Positions 63,367-64,000 of a stretch of 64,000 nucleotides of DNA are shown here, in pieces (the stretch's first letter is position 1; every line of letters begins with the position of its first letter). The DNA is from Gaiellaceae bacterium. Its GTDB lineage: Bacteria; Actinomycetota; Thermoleophilia; Gaiellales; Gaiellaceae. Location of the stretch: assembly GCA_036273695.1 (NCBI GenBank), contig DASUHE010000066.1, positions 12,160 to 76,159 of the forward strand, read 5' to 3'. A program made the translations under genes and the position numbers. The notes under the pieces were generated by a model. It saw nothing but the letters and a program-made list of their open reading frames with translations, made no database searches and was not told the origin of the DNA.

Positions 63367-64000
63367 CCCGCGAGCCGAGCGATCACGGCAAGGCCGAATT
63401 CGGCGGCCCGCTTGCCGTCGACCACGCGGTGGTCGAACGTGACCGAGACGTTTCCCATGCGGCGGACGACGACTTCGCCGCCCCTTACGACCGGTCGCTC
63501 CTCGATGCGGTGGATGCCGAGGATCGCCACCTCCGGATGGTTGATCAGCGGCGTCACGAACAGGCCGGCCGCCTTGCCGGCGCTCGTGACCGTGAACGTG
63601 CCGCCGCGCAGCTCCTCCGGCTTCAGACTGCCCGCCTGGGCTGCCTCGGCGAGACGCCGCACCTCGGCGTCGAGCTCGTCGAGCGAGAGCTCGTCGCAGC
63701 CGTGGACGACCGGCACCACGAGCCCCTGCTCGGTCTGGACCGCGACCCCGATGTCGTGGCGGTCGAGCAAGACGAGCTCGTGGTCCTCGACACGCGAGTT
63801 CAGCTCCGGGAACTCGCGCAGCGACTGGACGACGGCGCGCAGGACGGTTGGGACGAGGCGCTGCAGCTCGACGTTCGTGAAATCGCATTCCTCCACCCAG
63901 GTGACTGCGGGGATCTCGCGGTGAGCGCGCGTCAGGTGCTCGAACATCTGCCGCTTGACGCCGCGCAGCGGAACACGCGTCCCCTCCGGCCATGTCTCGG
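63363..64000 (-). CDS. 2-oxoacid dehydrogenase E2 acyltransferase, catalytic domain (5' end outside window)
   Basis: The frame stays open to the window edge (…PLRGVKRQMFEHLT). The catalytic motif is TFDHRVVDGKRAAEF. Confidence 0.85.
   Translation of the reverse strand, partial: ETWPEGTRVPLRGVKRQMFEHLTRAHREIPAVTWVEECDFTNVELQRLVPTVLRAVVQSLREFPELNSRVEDHELVLLDRHDIGVAVQTEQGLVVPVVHGCDELSLDELDAEVRRLAEAAQAGSLKPEELRGGTFTVTSAGKAAGLFVTPLINHPEVAILGIHRIEERPVVRGGEVVVRRMGNVSVTFDHRVVDGKRAAEFGLAVIARLAG

Overview
Very G+C-rich (by eye roughly 70%; not computed), gene-dense bacterial chromosomal segment. The gene content points to a high-GC Gram-positive lineage, possibly a deep-branching Actinomycetota class; this is inference only. 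The relevant genes are the futalosine-route menaquinone genes, an F420-type LLM oxidoreductase, HelD-like and UvrD/HRDC helicases, and a split cytochrome b6 / subunit IV-cytochrome c complex. I can support about 75 protein genes, one class II tRNA, one IS1595-family transposase and several non-coding elements. Because of the GC content the six-frame track is full of long Arg/Ala/Pro-rich shadow ORFs. I chose frames by recognisable family motifs, sensible amino-acid composition and start/stop coupling; ATGA/GTGA 4-nt overlaps are very common, and several starts are GTG or TTG.

Modules from left to right:
1. ATP-grasp fragment, aldo/keto reductase, two sulfotransferases, a methyltransferase with an in-frame TGA, a HelD-like helicase and an LLM oxidoreductase.
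2. A minus-strand run comA-cysH-cysC-cysD-cysN-tauE, followed on the same strand by an Ig-like protein, an O-antigen-ligase-like protein and a PIG-L deacetylase.
3. A secreted orphan protein, then Fe-ADH plus a LysR regulator.
4. A ~3.6 kb visibly lower-GC islet (about 18.55-22.25 kb). It holds a DUF3800 gene, an aberrant class II tRNA, a tRNA-like minihelix, an RHH gene with phased operator repeats, small TA-like orphan genes and an IS1595 transposase.
5. A glycan module: sugar transferase, AsnB, ASCH, DUF354, then CapD-like dehydratase, DegT aminotransferase, DedA and a phosphodiester-glycosidase-like protein.
6. Phosphoesterase, APH-like kinase and an ABC-2 exporter.
7. A ~10 kb co-directional respiratory supercluster: ubiD, qcrA-qcrB-qcrC, cytochrome c, ubiX, menG/ubiE, polyprenyl synthase, mqnE, an NTF2-like gene, mqnA, mqnC.
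8. PadR-linked membrane paralogs and an FAD oxidoreductase.
9. hemB-hemL, an AI-2E transporter and envelope genes (YmdB-like, GtrA, a large membrane glycosyltransferase-like protein, Pcm, an AlkP-family enzyme), then a truncated E2 acyltransferase at the right edge.

No CRISPR array, rRNA or prophage-scale element was seen. The most unusual content is the low-GC islet with its non-canonical tRNA-type elements. All family calls come from motif recognition by eye; no searches were run.
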